From the NCBI GenBank assembly GCA_013239625.1, contig MU053557.1, positions 2,448,123 to 2,512,122 on the forward strand: 64,000 bases of DNA. Reading direction: 5' to 3'. The stretch comes from Lama guanicoe (Eukaryota). Under the pieces are notes generated by a model, which did no database searches, was not told the origin of the DNA, and saw nothing but the letters and a program-made list of their open reading frames with translations. Shown one piece after another: positions 63,796 through 64,000 of the stretch (position 1 is its first letter; every line of letters begins with the position of its first letter). The position numbers were made by a program, and so were the translations under genes.

Positions 63796-64000
63796 TGTCA
63801 GGGTGTTTGAGTGCCTCTCTTAGCTTTTAAGAAAATCTTTCAAAAGGTGAAATACATAAGACAGAAAATTGAACAGAACTAATGTAGAAGTTAGTGAATT
63901 ATTATAAAGGGAACTCCTTTAAAATGGCAAATGGGTTCTGTTGCCAGCTTCCCAGAAGTCTCCTGAATGCCTGCTCTGAGGGAGTCCTTTTGCCCAAAGA
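63796..64000 (+). repeat. Direct duplicate of 47147-47346 (runs off window end)
   Basis: tgtcagggtgtttgagt(g/c)cctctcttagcttttaa...caaaaggtgaa...taagacagaaaattgaa...tagtgaattatt...tgccagcttcccaga...ctgaatgcct...tgcccaaaga is collinear in both copies. Confidence 0.9.

Overview
Mammalian genomic DNA, very likely camelid (alpaca, llama or camel). The basis is tRNA-Ala-derived SINEs resembling the camelid vic-1 family plus many short, young L1 3' ends. The only supportable protein-coding sequence is the last two exons of PPP2R2B (PP2A regulatory subunit B55-beta) on the minus strand, at 60922-61013 and 58534-58813, with canonical GT-AG junctions, TAG stop and a poly(A) signal at 58108-58113. The first ~58 kb is intergenic sequence downstream of PPP2R2B; by human synteny it should lead toward GPR151/TCERG1, which cannot be verified here. 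It is dense in repeats: L1 (young and L1MC/ME-type), L2, MIR, MLT1 MaLR LTRs, three ERV1-type solo LTRs and hAT-Charlie DNA transposons. Almost all listed ORFs are spurious. I found no convincing novel coding system. The best leads are a divergent pair of strong CTCF motifs (5186-5204 and 7661-7693), a local duplication that copies 47147+ into a PPP2R2B intron at 63796+, GAS/STAT motifs in a MER41-like LTR, and several insertion and inversion signatures. Repeat family names come from recognition by eye and need RepeatMasker/Dfam confirmation.
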